Positions 38,598 to 49,163 of a stretch of DNA of 64,000 bases are shown piece after piece. The position numbers and the translations under genes were made by a program. The stretch covers positions 1 through 64,000 of the forward strand of contig JAUCBJ010001598.1 in the NCBI GenBank assembly GCA_032718475.1, written 5' to 3'. This stretch comes from Nemertoderma westbladi (taxonomy: Eukaryota; Animalia; Xenacoelomorpha). The notes beneath the pieces were generated by a model that ran no database searches, had not been told where the DNA came from, and saw only the letters and a program-made list of their open reading frames with translations. The stretch's first letter is position 1; each line of letters starts with the position of its first letter.

Positions 38598-38695
38598 CTG
38601 TATAGATATACTACAATGTAGTACACTTTTCTTTGAAGGCCCCCCCCCCCCAGAAGTGGTTCCCCCATGCCTGGTAACTGGTTGAATTTCCTCCC
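38598..38695 (-). pseudogene. DRC3: DRC3/LRRC48 exon remnant, founder copy of the 56-bp satellite
   Basis: Minus strand reads GRKFNQLPGMGEPL[poly-G]AFKEKCT[7-nt insert]SISIQ|gt, matching human DRC3 GNNLSYLPGVGELLETYKDKFVIICVN as recalled. The phase-0 donor fits the acceptor at 20175. Net +17 nt frameshift as assembled. Confidence 0.65.
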
Positions 38696-39232
38696 AGCTC
38701 AAAGTATTGAAATTGCGGGTTGTGCCTTAATCTTCCTTCATTGTCTTGCCGAAGGAAACGCAGTGATAACAATGCCAAAATGTATACATTAATAAAATTA
38801 TATGATATTAAAGTGAAACTGGGCTACAATGGCATTTATATCTCTAGCTGTACACAAGCTTGGCAGCATTTGATAGATATTGGTAAGATGACTAGGCCAG
38901 TGGATACAAAACTATCTGGTTGACTAATGGGTGTGTGGGTTGGGTGTTAGTGGAAGTTGATTATTCAGAGGCCATTCCTAAATCCTGAACTGTCATTGGC
39001 TGATTGGTTAATTATTGTTATCTTTGTCGTAGGTTTCTTATTTTTATACCGGTACCGGTATAATCTGTCTGTCTAGTCCAGTCCAGGAGCTGAGTCCAGT
39101 AATCTTAACTGAACGTACTTCAGTCTGTCAGTACTTGGTGGAATACGGCATTGAACATAGGCCTGTAGGCAAATGGCAGAATGGCAAAGCACATACAGAC
39201 ATCTGGACATAGTCAGATAGTTTACCTTACCG

Positions 39233-40010
39233 GATGACTAGGCACCACCTAACTCCAGATGACTTTTCTGAATCTGGACTACTTAACTTAGATAGTCGAG
39301 TTAAGCAGCTACGCCTTAACCATGTGCATAAAGTGTATAATGGTAAATGTCCCAATTACCTAAAACAAAAATTAAACAGAGTACGCGATACACACTGTTG
39401 CAATACCGGCAACCGGTACCAGATCTAGTGCTTCAAACTTCTACCTCCCGAATTGTAAATCCTTTGAATCTGATACTTTCTTTTTTAACGGCATTAAAAA
39501 ATTGGAACGCTCTGCCTAATGAAATTAAAAACCTAAATAATCAACACTCTTTTAAATATGCAGTTAAATATCACCTCCGTCAGTCCGTGTGCCGTGTGCA
39601 ATGTAAAATAGGTACAATAGTCATACAGTAAGTTATTAGTTTATTAATTATTTACTATTTATACTGTAATTACGTTTTATAATAAATTGTTCTGTACATT
39701 ACATCTTTATCGTTGAGTCGGACATTGTCACGTTCTCGACAGGCTAAAGTTGTACATGTACATAGGCCCTAGTGTAATTACTGAATTACGTTTTATATTG
39801 GTTTTAGGTTAGCGTAGTGTAATATTGTAGGCCTATTTGTAACCAAGTAACATAAAGGACCCCCTTGAAAATAAGCTGCAAAGCTTTAGGGGTACCTAAT
39901 CCTATATGTTATGTTGGACAATACCTTTATACCGGTACATTGTTAGGTGTATTCAGGTATTTGTTATTGTTTTTACATAATGTATAAATAAATCTATCTA
40001 TCTATCTATT
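39233..40010 (+). mobile_element. 3' fragment of an L2/CR1-group LINE
   Basis: LLNLDSRVKQLRLNHVHKVYNGKCPNYL and KNWNALPNEIK...SFKYAVK are typical ORF2 C-terminal motifs. A 3' stem-loop (ggacccc...ggggtacc) and AATAAA-(tcta)n tail follow. Confidence 0.7.
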
Positions 40011-41129
40011 ATTCCATATCCAGATATCTCAGGATCTGTATTCATTATTATCACACTCCCCTTGCTGCCTTGCAGCATAAAAATGCACTGCGCGTCAGAC
40101 CCGACCCATTAGATTAGATAGATACTATTGTAATGAATAAATATTCGGAAGGAATTCGGGAATAAATCCCATTGCAGCGTATATGTAGGCTGATAGGCCT
40201 ATAATGATAATTAAGTAGGCCTTTCCAGAGGTTGCGTATATCTCTCCTTAATACTAAGGTCTTCCTCTATCAATTCAGTCATCGTATATCTGTATATGTG
40301 GGAGTTCAGAGTTTATCGACAATAATGACAGGCTAGCGACTCTCGCTGCCAATATAAGCCCCTCAACCACCAACCGGCCCCCGGACGCGGACAGCCTGAG
40401 ATCCTCAGCGCCGGTGTACTGTCGTCGCTGTGCAGCTGTGTCTCTCGCCAACGTAGTAGCTACAGAGCTAAGCTATACAACGATTACAATAACCAGCGCG
40501 AGTCACTCCACTGTCTGACTGTCCGGATACTGCCATAGTGCTGCAGTTGTAGGCCTCCTAGTGCCTAGAGCTGTAGAGTCAGAGACAGAGAGAGTAGGGA
40601 CTCTACAGCAGAAACCGCATTGTATGCATTGTCAGATTGTACCGGTAGGCCTACCTACTGACCTATCTTCTCTATATCTTCAGGTGGTACGGGCAGGCAG
40701 TGCAGCAGGGTGGCATTGACATGATGGCATGTCATGTATGGGTATGCTGTGCAAGTCAGAAAGTACCGGTCAGCCGGTGGCTGGTAATTGGATTGGAGCA
40801 TGTTTGCTAAGCTTTTAGGTATTTTAGGTAGCCTACTGGTCTGCTGGTAGGTTGTAGCTGTAGGCTTGTAGCGTAGGCTGGTAGGTCTATTGTAGGTTAT
40901 CTATCAGGTTGTTACCCATACGGCCATACAGCAGTCAGGCAGTTGAAAATTGTGTGAACTACTTAAACTGAACTACTGAACTATATTCATGTTGCTGGTG
41001 AATTAGATATATTCGCAACTCATACGGTGTCTATAATTGGTTGACTCGTTGCAGCGTTGATTCAATTCCATCTCCACCTGGGGGTCAATTGGAGCAAACA
41101 ATATCGTTCTTCACATACCGGTAGTTAAC

Positions 41130-41145
41130 ATGTATGCCCAAAGAA
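41130..41145 (+). CDS. Candidate short start-codon exon of beta-catenin (MYAQR + phase-1 donor)
   Basis: ATG TAT GCC CAA AGA A|GTAAGT. Phase 1 fits the acceptor at 44099. Vertebrate CTNNB1 also starts with a tiny phase-1 ATG exon. No other support. Confidence 0.3.
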
Positions 41146-42985
41146 GTAAGTTCAGAAGTTAGATTGTTAATTCTGTAACTAGAAAGCCAGAAAGCTGGCT
41201 ATAAGAAGACCGTCTATAAGACAACAAAACCGAAAACTAAATGATAATCTAATCCCCAATCAAATATCAATCGCAATCAATGTATAAACCTCTCCCTCCC
41301 TCCATGCAGCTGTGCAGCCTTGGAGAAAGCAGAATTAATACCATGACCTGAGCAGTTCACAACAGACAACCCACCCCAACCATTGGACTTACTGAGACAC
41401 ACTCAACACTCCAACCAGCTTGCTACCTGTCTTCCCAGCTAGCTAGAGTTAAATAATTATACAACGTTGCTATGATACAGAGAAATTCCTTCCCTATTCG
41501 CTACCATAGGCAAAGTTCAGGCTGCGTGAGGGAATATTACATATTTATACAGATACACTATTTTATTTTAATCAATAAATAATCATACATCTTTATATTA
41601 AACACTCGAATATAATAAAAACTTTGTGAGAATGGGACACGGCGAATTGACCTGTGCTATTTTTATACAGCAAGAGCTTAATTTTACCCGCTTAAATAAT
41701 TAATAACCCAAATAATCGATACATTTCTTTATATAGTTGGCCACGAAGTAGAGCACTTCTTACCCTTCCAAGCCAATATCAATGTGCACAAACAAACACA
41801 CAGACGTTTTTTTTTTGACAGCAAGAAGCCCTGACGGTCTTCTAATTAATTGAGGGATTCTTAGGTGTTAGGACTATTGAGGGACGTTGCGATACCCTAC
41901 AGCCCTAGCAATACATGCAATACAAATCTAGCTTGCCGAAATATTAGGTTCCGGTACGGTAGGCCTACGCTTTAAGTTATATACCGGTAGGTCCTATAGT
42001 TTGTGGTTTATAAATGTAACTTGTATGAAATTCAAAATCTTTATGTTTACTTTTCAGTGCAGCAGTGAGTTAACATACATTTATAATGGGCCCTATAATA
42101 AACGTATTACCGGTATATAGCAATTTGATAGGATGGTTAAAATTACAAAATGATCTACCAGTAGGATCGTATTGGCCACTGCGATTTCGCGATGTCGCGA
42201 AACTATCCACCTACATTCCACATACGAGCTAACAAGCGTTACCTTCATCTTCAGATCGTGGGACCTGGGCTCCTTTACTAAGTTACATAGATTAGGCTAT
42301 ACAGTTATAGGCCTATATACTGATATATGATTTCGTTTTTTGCCTATGGCCACATCATAGTGTCATACACCTACTATAAAGAAAGACACCTAATACAGCC
42401 TAATATATATAGTATACTTTATTTACACGTTCGTGGGGCCTTCGCGCATCACGATGCTCAGTTATGAGATACAAATTAAAATTGAGGTATATTCGGATTT
42501 TCCACATTTAACAATTTTCGTAACAATTTATTTTATCAGTAATAAATTCACATTAAATATTTTATGGTACCCATTCCCCATTTGATGAGTGGCACTTATA
42601 TTTTATTTATTTTATTTTTATTTAAAACACTCAGTTTAATTTTAAAGAATAAAATATAAACAGGGGGAACACCACCTAGGTACAAATACCTAATTAGAAG
42701 TTATAATTAGATATATAAAATTACACTTACAGGTGGATAAAATACACATTTAAGTAGAAGGGCAAAGGCAACAGATAGAGGGATAAACGCTAAAATACAA
42801 ACAACAACAATAAAACTACAAGAATGACCAACGAAATAAAACCAAGTAAACAGAGATTATATCATCAAGTAAAAAAAACATAATTTGTTTCGAAAGCCAT
42901 TGATCCTTTTTATAAAAATGACAAAAATATTAAAAACTATTTGGTAGATTAAATATAAATAAAAACAAATAAAAAATATATGTGG

Positions 42986-43475
42986 TTAATTTAAAAATCT
43001 GTTAAAATGACAATATGGCAATAGATCAACATCTTTCAATTTATCAGTAAAAATATTTACATTTGCAGAATTGACAATTTCTTCGGGTAAGGAATTCCAA
43101 ATATCTACAGTTCTGTTTGAAAAAGAGTTTTTTACAATTTGTAGACGGCAAAACGATTTGAAAAGCTTACGGTTATGGCCTCTATTTCTAATATTGGTAC
43201 TTAAAGTGAAAAAGTCATTAAAATTTAGATCAACATCATTATGAAAAATACTATACACCATTTTTAAATCATAAATATGCCTACGTACTTTACTTCTAGA
43301 GGTTGTAGCTTAAGAAAATTAATTCTCTCCATGTAACTACGGCTGCCGAGGTTACAGCGCTTAAAAAGACGCCGGGTGAAGTAACGCTGAACCCGTTCGA
43401 TTAAATCAATACTACCTAACGTAAATGGAGAGCAAACGGCAGTACAATATTCTAGTAATGGTCTGGCAACATATT
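42986..43475 (-). mobile_element. 3' fragment of a CR1-type LINE
   Basis: YVARPLLEYC...IERVQRYFTRRL...SYMERI and RGHNRKL...NSFSNRTVDIWNSLPEEIV motifs, frameshifted. Confidence 0.85.
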
Positions 43476-44098
43476 TGCTTACATTAGTAGCTTTCCGCAC
43501 TCATACTGTACCTATGTTATTATCACTACGTCATATTGACAAAAGCTACAAAATCGAGTAGGCCTATAAAGCTGTTATATAATTGTTTGTTAATAATGTG
43601 TTTTTTGTGAGTAATAATTAAGTTCCTTGCCTTTTTTTGTTTCTAGTCTACGTATGTATATCCTTCACATTTTAAATAATTGCACTGCAAACTTGATATT
43701 ATAAATAATTACCGGTGTAGCAGAGAATTTCCACCTGAGATTTGGGGATTGATAATTCCGTTGTATTATTATAGTAGACAGATACTAAACCAAACCAAAG
43801 TCGCAACAATTCTACTTACCGTACTTATAAGAGGACGGGGTTCGTGATTAGTAGTTATTATTAAAAAGTGCCCCCACTCGGCTATATAGAGTGCACCCTC
43901 GGTTGCTACTGGGTTGCGATTATTAGCATGTTATAGTATATACTGTTCTTTACTGTGTAGCTGAGTGAACCGACTTTGTATCTGGGTCACACAAATTTAA
44001 ATGGTCTTATAGGCCATGGCGGCTCTACCCATGTCGGGATATATATTTAATTAAATATTATTGCACATCATAACACATCATTAAATATTATTTTCTAG

Positions 44099-44335
44099 CT
44101 GGATATGTTGACCTCAACCAAATCCCGCAATCCGACCCCAAGGCGAGCACCATGCAGTGGCAGCAGAGTTACCATGGCGACAGCGGGGTCCAGTCTGGGT
44201 CTACGACCCACGCCCATTCGATGAGCAGTAGGGACAGGCGTGACTCTGAGATGGACGATGAATTGGATCCAGCCAAGCTCTTGTATGATTGGGAGACAAA
44301 CTACGGACACGGGTACACACCCCAGCAGGTCGATG
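44099..44335 (+). CDS. CTNNB1: Beta-catenin exon carrying the phosphodegron
   Basis: Acceptor ttttctag|. WQQSYHGDSGVQSGSTTHAHS contains the DSGxxS degron with S33/S37/T41/S45 equivalents. LYDWE...GYTPQQVD follows. Phase-1 donor G|GTAAGT. Confidence 0.92.
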
Positions 44336-44817
44336 GTAAGTAAATACAAACTACGGACACGGGTACATACCCCAGCAGGTCGACGGTAAGTAAATACAAA
44401 CTACGGACACGGGTACACACCCCAGCAGGTCGACGGTAAGTAAATACAAACTACGGACACGGGTACACACCCCAGCAGGTCGATGGTAAGTAAATACAAA
44501 CTACGGACACGGGTACACGGGTACACACCCCAGCAGGTCGACGGTAAGTAAATACAAACTACGGACACGGGTACACACCCCAGCAGGTCGACGGTAAGTA
44601 AATACAAACTACGGACACGGGTACACGGGTACACACCCCAGCAGGTCGACGGTAAGTAAATACAAACTACGGACACGGGTACACACCCCAGCAGGTCGAT
44701 GGTAAGTAAATACAAACTACGGACACGGGTACACGCTACACGGGTACACGGGTACACACCCCAGCAGGTCGATGGTAAGTAAATACAAACTACGGACACG
44801 GGTACACACCCCAGCAG
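44296..44817 (+). repeat. 50-bp minisatellite: last 40 nt of the beta-catenin exon plus first 10 nt of the intron (10 copies, 9 intact GTAAGT donors)
   Basis: Unit acaaactacggacacgggtacacaccccagcaggtcgaYg|gtaagtaaat. Some copies carry internal gggtacac duplications. Confidence 0.95.
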
Positions 44818-46333
44818 TACTAAGTACACGGCACGAGACGGGGGATACACAAACCACGTTCTGTCTGTGCTAGTGTTATATTATGTAATAACGAGAGAGT
44901 GATACTGCCCCGTAGTTAATAATGGTAACTGACATAGGCCTACACCTTCAGTCTTCAGTTGTTCACCATGTCAATGATAATGAATATTGAATAATAGTCT
45001 AAAAATGGGTTAATAGTGTACGATCAGTCTTATGCATGAATTGTGAAATTATTGATAATGTTTTAACTTGTAAATAAAAATTCTGACTCACAGAAAACAA
45101 CTCTATGTGCAGGGTTTTTTTTTTCAAAATGTCCGCTGTGAGAAGTTTCTTAAACGGCGAGGAAAAATTTAGAAAATCTCTAATTTATTTAGGAACCAAA
45201 ATAATTTGCCCAATGACGAATTTGAAAGATTAATTTTGAAACGTAGGCCATGCATTACTTCCTGTATTGCTTTGTTTTCTACTTTATTCAACCATACGGC
45301 ATTGTACTGGTAAGTCGTATGTCGTACAGTATATGTCATAAGTCAAAATAAATTATGGAACACATTGGTTTCATTGGGAGTGCTCCCTGTTCCATCATTT
45401 GACATACGACTCATGAGTTATATCCGGCAAGAGGCCTGTGATTGGTTACTTTGGGTACCAGCAAGCCAGAAAATATTGTACATCAATTTATGGTGTTCCA
45501 TTAACTCTTAGGCGCATCTTATATTTTTTAAGAAAAGACTTATGACTTATCAGTGGATCACCGGAGATATATGCCTACTTTTGATTTTAACATCGACGGA
45601 CTCAGACAAAATCTGAAAGCGATTTTATGACATACGACTCATGAGTTACCAGTGGGGCGCGGGCCTACGTTATCTTATATATCATCCGAAATATTAAACT
45701 AATAGAGACCTACTACTCTATGTAATGCAGCTTTGGTAAATTAATGCCATTTTTATTGGGAAGGAATATTCCACATAATTGGGGTGTTGGGACAGTAAAA
45801 TAAGTATAAAATTTATATGACTATAAATTATGGGAATGTCAGTGAAACACTCGTAGACTGTAACACAGTCGATGTCGATCTACTTAGAAATAAACAATAC
45901 CACGAGAAATGAGTGAGTTTATTCGATATTATAGAATTTGGTACAAATGAAGCTGATGGAGATGAATCAGATTTAGAGGATCAATTATTCGATTCTGGTG
46001 AATAAACAAGGAACAAACAACATTAATAATAAATTAAAATGGTTAATCTTAAATTTTGATTTACAGGTGTTTTTATTTCAAACGCTGTAGTAAAGTTTAT
46101 ATTTTTCAATTCGTTGTTTGCAATATTTACGTTTATAAATATTTCTAAACAAGTTTAAAAATTTTATAAATCACTATTTTTATTTATAAATTTCACTAAC
46201 ATATTTAGAAAAAAAAAACTCTGATATGTCGGTTTATGGTCGTTTTGTCATTATCGCGTTACGATTTGTATACGGATTTTTTATGTACCTGAATTAAGTG
46301 CAGTAGATTTCAATATATTTTATTTGTTTATAG

Positions 46334-46587
46334 AAATGAGTCACCAGTTGAACGAGACTCGATCGCAACGCGTCCGTGCGGCGATGTTCCCCGAGACTAT
46401 GGGCGAGGTAACGGGGATCCCGTCTACTCAGTTTGACCCGGCTCATCCCACCGCCGTACAACGCCTCAGCGAGCCCTCACAGATGCTCAAACACGCCGTC
46501 ATTAACCTGATTAACTACCAGGACGACGCAGATCTCGCTACCCGCTGCATACCGGAGCTCACTAGACTGCTCAATGATGAGGACCAG
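46334..46587 (+). CDS. CTNNB1: Beta-catenin exon (alpha-catenin-binding region, start of ARM1)
   Basis: [14 protein letters not shown]...[47 protein letters not shown]. Acceptor tttatag|, donor CAG|GT. Confidence 0.96.
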
Positions 46588-47408
46588 GTTGGTAATGGTA
46601 GGATCTTTGTCACGTTGCTCAACCTGCACCCTATATTTGATTACGTTCCATATACGTGGCTTTCTGCGCCTTCCGTGTGGTTAAATAATATTTATAATGT
46701 TTATCAGCCTGTTTTTACACGTCACCTTTACACCCATACCGGGTGTCGGTGTTTCAGTTTCAATATTTTAATTAAAATTTGGTCCCCGGAAATGACAGAA
46801 GTTACTTATTTGATACCATAATCCATAATGAATTGCAATTCAATCAAGTAGGTAAATTTGAACGGCGCAGGGCCGGGGGCGTCTGTGAACATCAACATTT
46901 CGGAAAAAAATTATATCTAGGCATTCCTTGTCTCCATGAGCCTAAAACATTATTCCATTCAATGTATTTATTGAAATGATGTCCCTGTTGTTTATTGCCG
47001 CACTATAGCCCGGCCCACCATTACCGCGATGCTACCAATGTCATCTTAGCAACTGCAGTCTATCGTCATTTATTATCACGATTATAGTATATCGATATAT
47101 CCTAATGTTTATCTTTTTCATTATGCGTCAATTATGCATCCTGCGTAGCCGCAATATACTAAATAATAGGATGGGCGGACAACTTTACGTGTTTACCTAC
47201 TTATTTTTATAACAAACGATCGATAATAGTCATAATAATAGGGTCTAACTGCAAGTTTCAGTTTACGCGGAACAAACTCCATGGATCTGAGTTATTCGTT
47301 GAAACTACCCAGGTCCAGGAAATTATTTCATACTGTATTAACGTTCATAGGTCCAGGGGTCCCAGGGGAAAAAATATTTTTTCCTTCCTATCATGTCATT
47401 GCATATCT

Positions 47409-48085
47409 TATAATAAACATAGAAGATCAAATTTTTAGAACAGTGATTGTTTCTTAGTCATTCCATTTTATATTGAAAATATTTGACTTCAAAGTTTGCC
47501 CTAATATCGCAGTTATCAAAATAAAAAATGCACTTGTTATGAATTTGGCTGGAAATGATAAAAAAATTCATGTTTACTAAAACTTTTCTTGTCATTACAT
47601 AAGTATTAAAGTCTAATGTAAGGAAAAACATCCAAAATGTAATTCTGGGTAATATTACATTACATTTTTAGTTTTTCAGTTACATTTTTTAATTATCTTG
47701 TAAGTTGTACTGGATTATTCACATACTTTACTCTTTGTGGCATTTTAGAGCACATAACAGTCTTACTTTGTATGCTTAACCAAACCATGGCTTACCAAAT
47801 GTAGTGGAAGCTTAGAAATTAAAACTTTTAGTTATATTATGTTACGTTGTTACAAACGAAAAGTAACATTTCATTCGTAAAGTTGGTCACAACTATATTA
47901 TCCAGAATTACATTTTGGATGTTTTTCTTCACATTAGGCATTAATACTTATACAATGACAAGACCAATTTTAGTAAACATCAATTTCTTATCATTTTGAG
48001 CCAAATTCAAAATATGGGCAATTCATGGAATGACCAAAAAACAATCACTGTTCTAGAAAATTTGATCTTCTATGTTTTATTATAT
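47409..48085. mobile_element. Fold-back/MITE-like element with long (about 200-250 bp) imperfect inverted arms
   Basis: 47410-47466 is the reverse complement of 48026-48085, and 47542-47656 is the reverse complement of 47892-48008. Confidence 0.7.
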
Positions 48086-48571
48086 AAAACATATATTTGT
48101 ATACAATATGAATGAACATAATTTAATTTGCAAATGAAGTAGTGGTCTTAAATGTAACACACGTAACGTAACACACGTAACGGGAGTCACTCGCATTTTT
48201 GGTCTACTACTTCAGTCAGAATTGGTTTTATTCCTTGCAACTATTTTATTTATCATTTTAGATATTTAATTTTTTATGAAATTTAACTTACATTATTTGT
48301 CCAATTTTGGGTGCATTTCATGTGTAACACGCGTAACACTTTTTTAAATGCTTACTGTGAATCTAATATTTACTTTGTTCAATAATATTTCACATACACA
48401 ACATGGAATAACCAAACAATTATACAGAAACTAAAAGTTATTGTTTGTGAAGTGTTTTCTAATAAAATTTGCATGATGAACTTCAAAAATCGTGTCAGGA
48501 TGAAACACACGTAACATGGAATGGACCCATAGAGGATCGTCAAGTTAACCTGCTTGTTTGTTTGTGTGTAG

Positions 48572-48810
48572 GTCGTGGTGAGCCAGGCTGCTAACATGGT
48601 GCACCAGATATCCAAAAAGGACGCATCTCGTCACGCCATATCGAATTCGCCCCAGATGGTCGCCGCTGTTATTAATGCGATGCACAACACGAACGACGCG
48701 GAGACCACCCGCTGCGCTGCAGGCACACTCCACGAGCTGAGTAAACAGCAGACCGGGCTGCTACAGATATTTAAGAGCGGAGGAATTCCAGCCCTCGTCA
48801 AGCTACTGGG
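48572..48810 (+). CDS. CTNNB1: Beta-catenin exon (ARM repeats 1-3)
   Basis: [32 protein letters not shown]...AAGTLHELS...[18 protein letters not shown]. Phase-2 donor GG|GTTAGT. Confidence 0.96.
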
Positions 48811-49163
48811 GTTAGTTGCGTTCCTAGGCAAATTTAAATTTAGTACCGGTAATATTTGTTTTATTTTAGAGAGAAAAATATAAAAAATCTGGCTCGGAAA
48901 TCTCATTTACTTTTATCTTGTATAACCACATCAGTTAGCTGACATTAGATATTGGTTCGGGGCAGATCGTCTTCATTATTTCACAATTTAAAATATATGA
49001 AGTTGGTAAAAACCGCACATGTTTGGACGGACATGGGGGGGGGGGGGGGGGGGGGGTGTCTGAAAATCCGAAATTTTCTCTAACGACCTTTATGGACGAC
49101 CCCTTGCACTTTTGTGCATATTTTATTTCTCAGACACCAAATAACTGACTACTACTATCTATT

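Larger units (their letters stand above)
22062..38670 (-). repeat. 56-bp satellite (about 260 units by length) derived from a DRC3 exon end plus donor; 1257-bp higher-order repeat at about 27100-37400
   Basis: Minus-strand unit GAG GAA CCA CTG GAG GCC TTC AAA GAA AAG TGT ACT AGT ATA TCT ATA CAG|gtagg. Identical ORFs recur at 27486, 28743, 30000, 31257, 32514 (period 1257). One stray unit at about 21165-21208. Confidence 0.95.

Noticed and set aside
42058-42064. 7-nt micro-exon candidate (ttttcag|tgcagca|gtgagt) in the beta-catenin 5' region
   Set aside because: It has good splice signals but no homology, and it does not fit the phase of the candidate start exon. Needs RNA data.
49034-49056. 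Poly-G tract (also poly-C at about 6634-6652) as a regulatory G-quadruplex
   Set aside because: Simple homopolymers in repeat-derived intronic DNA with no evidence of function.
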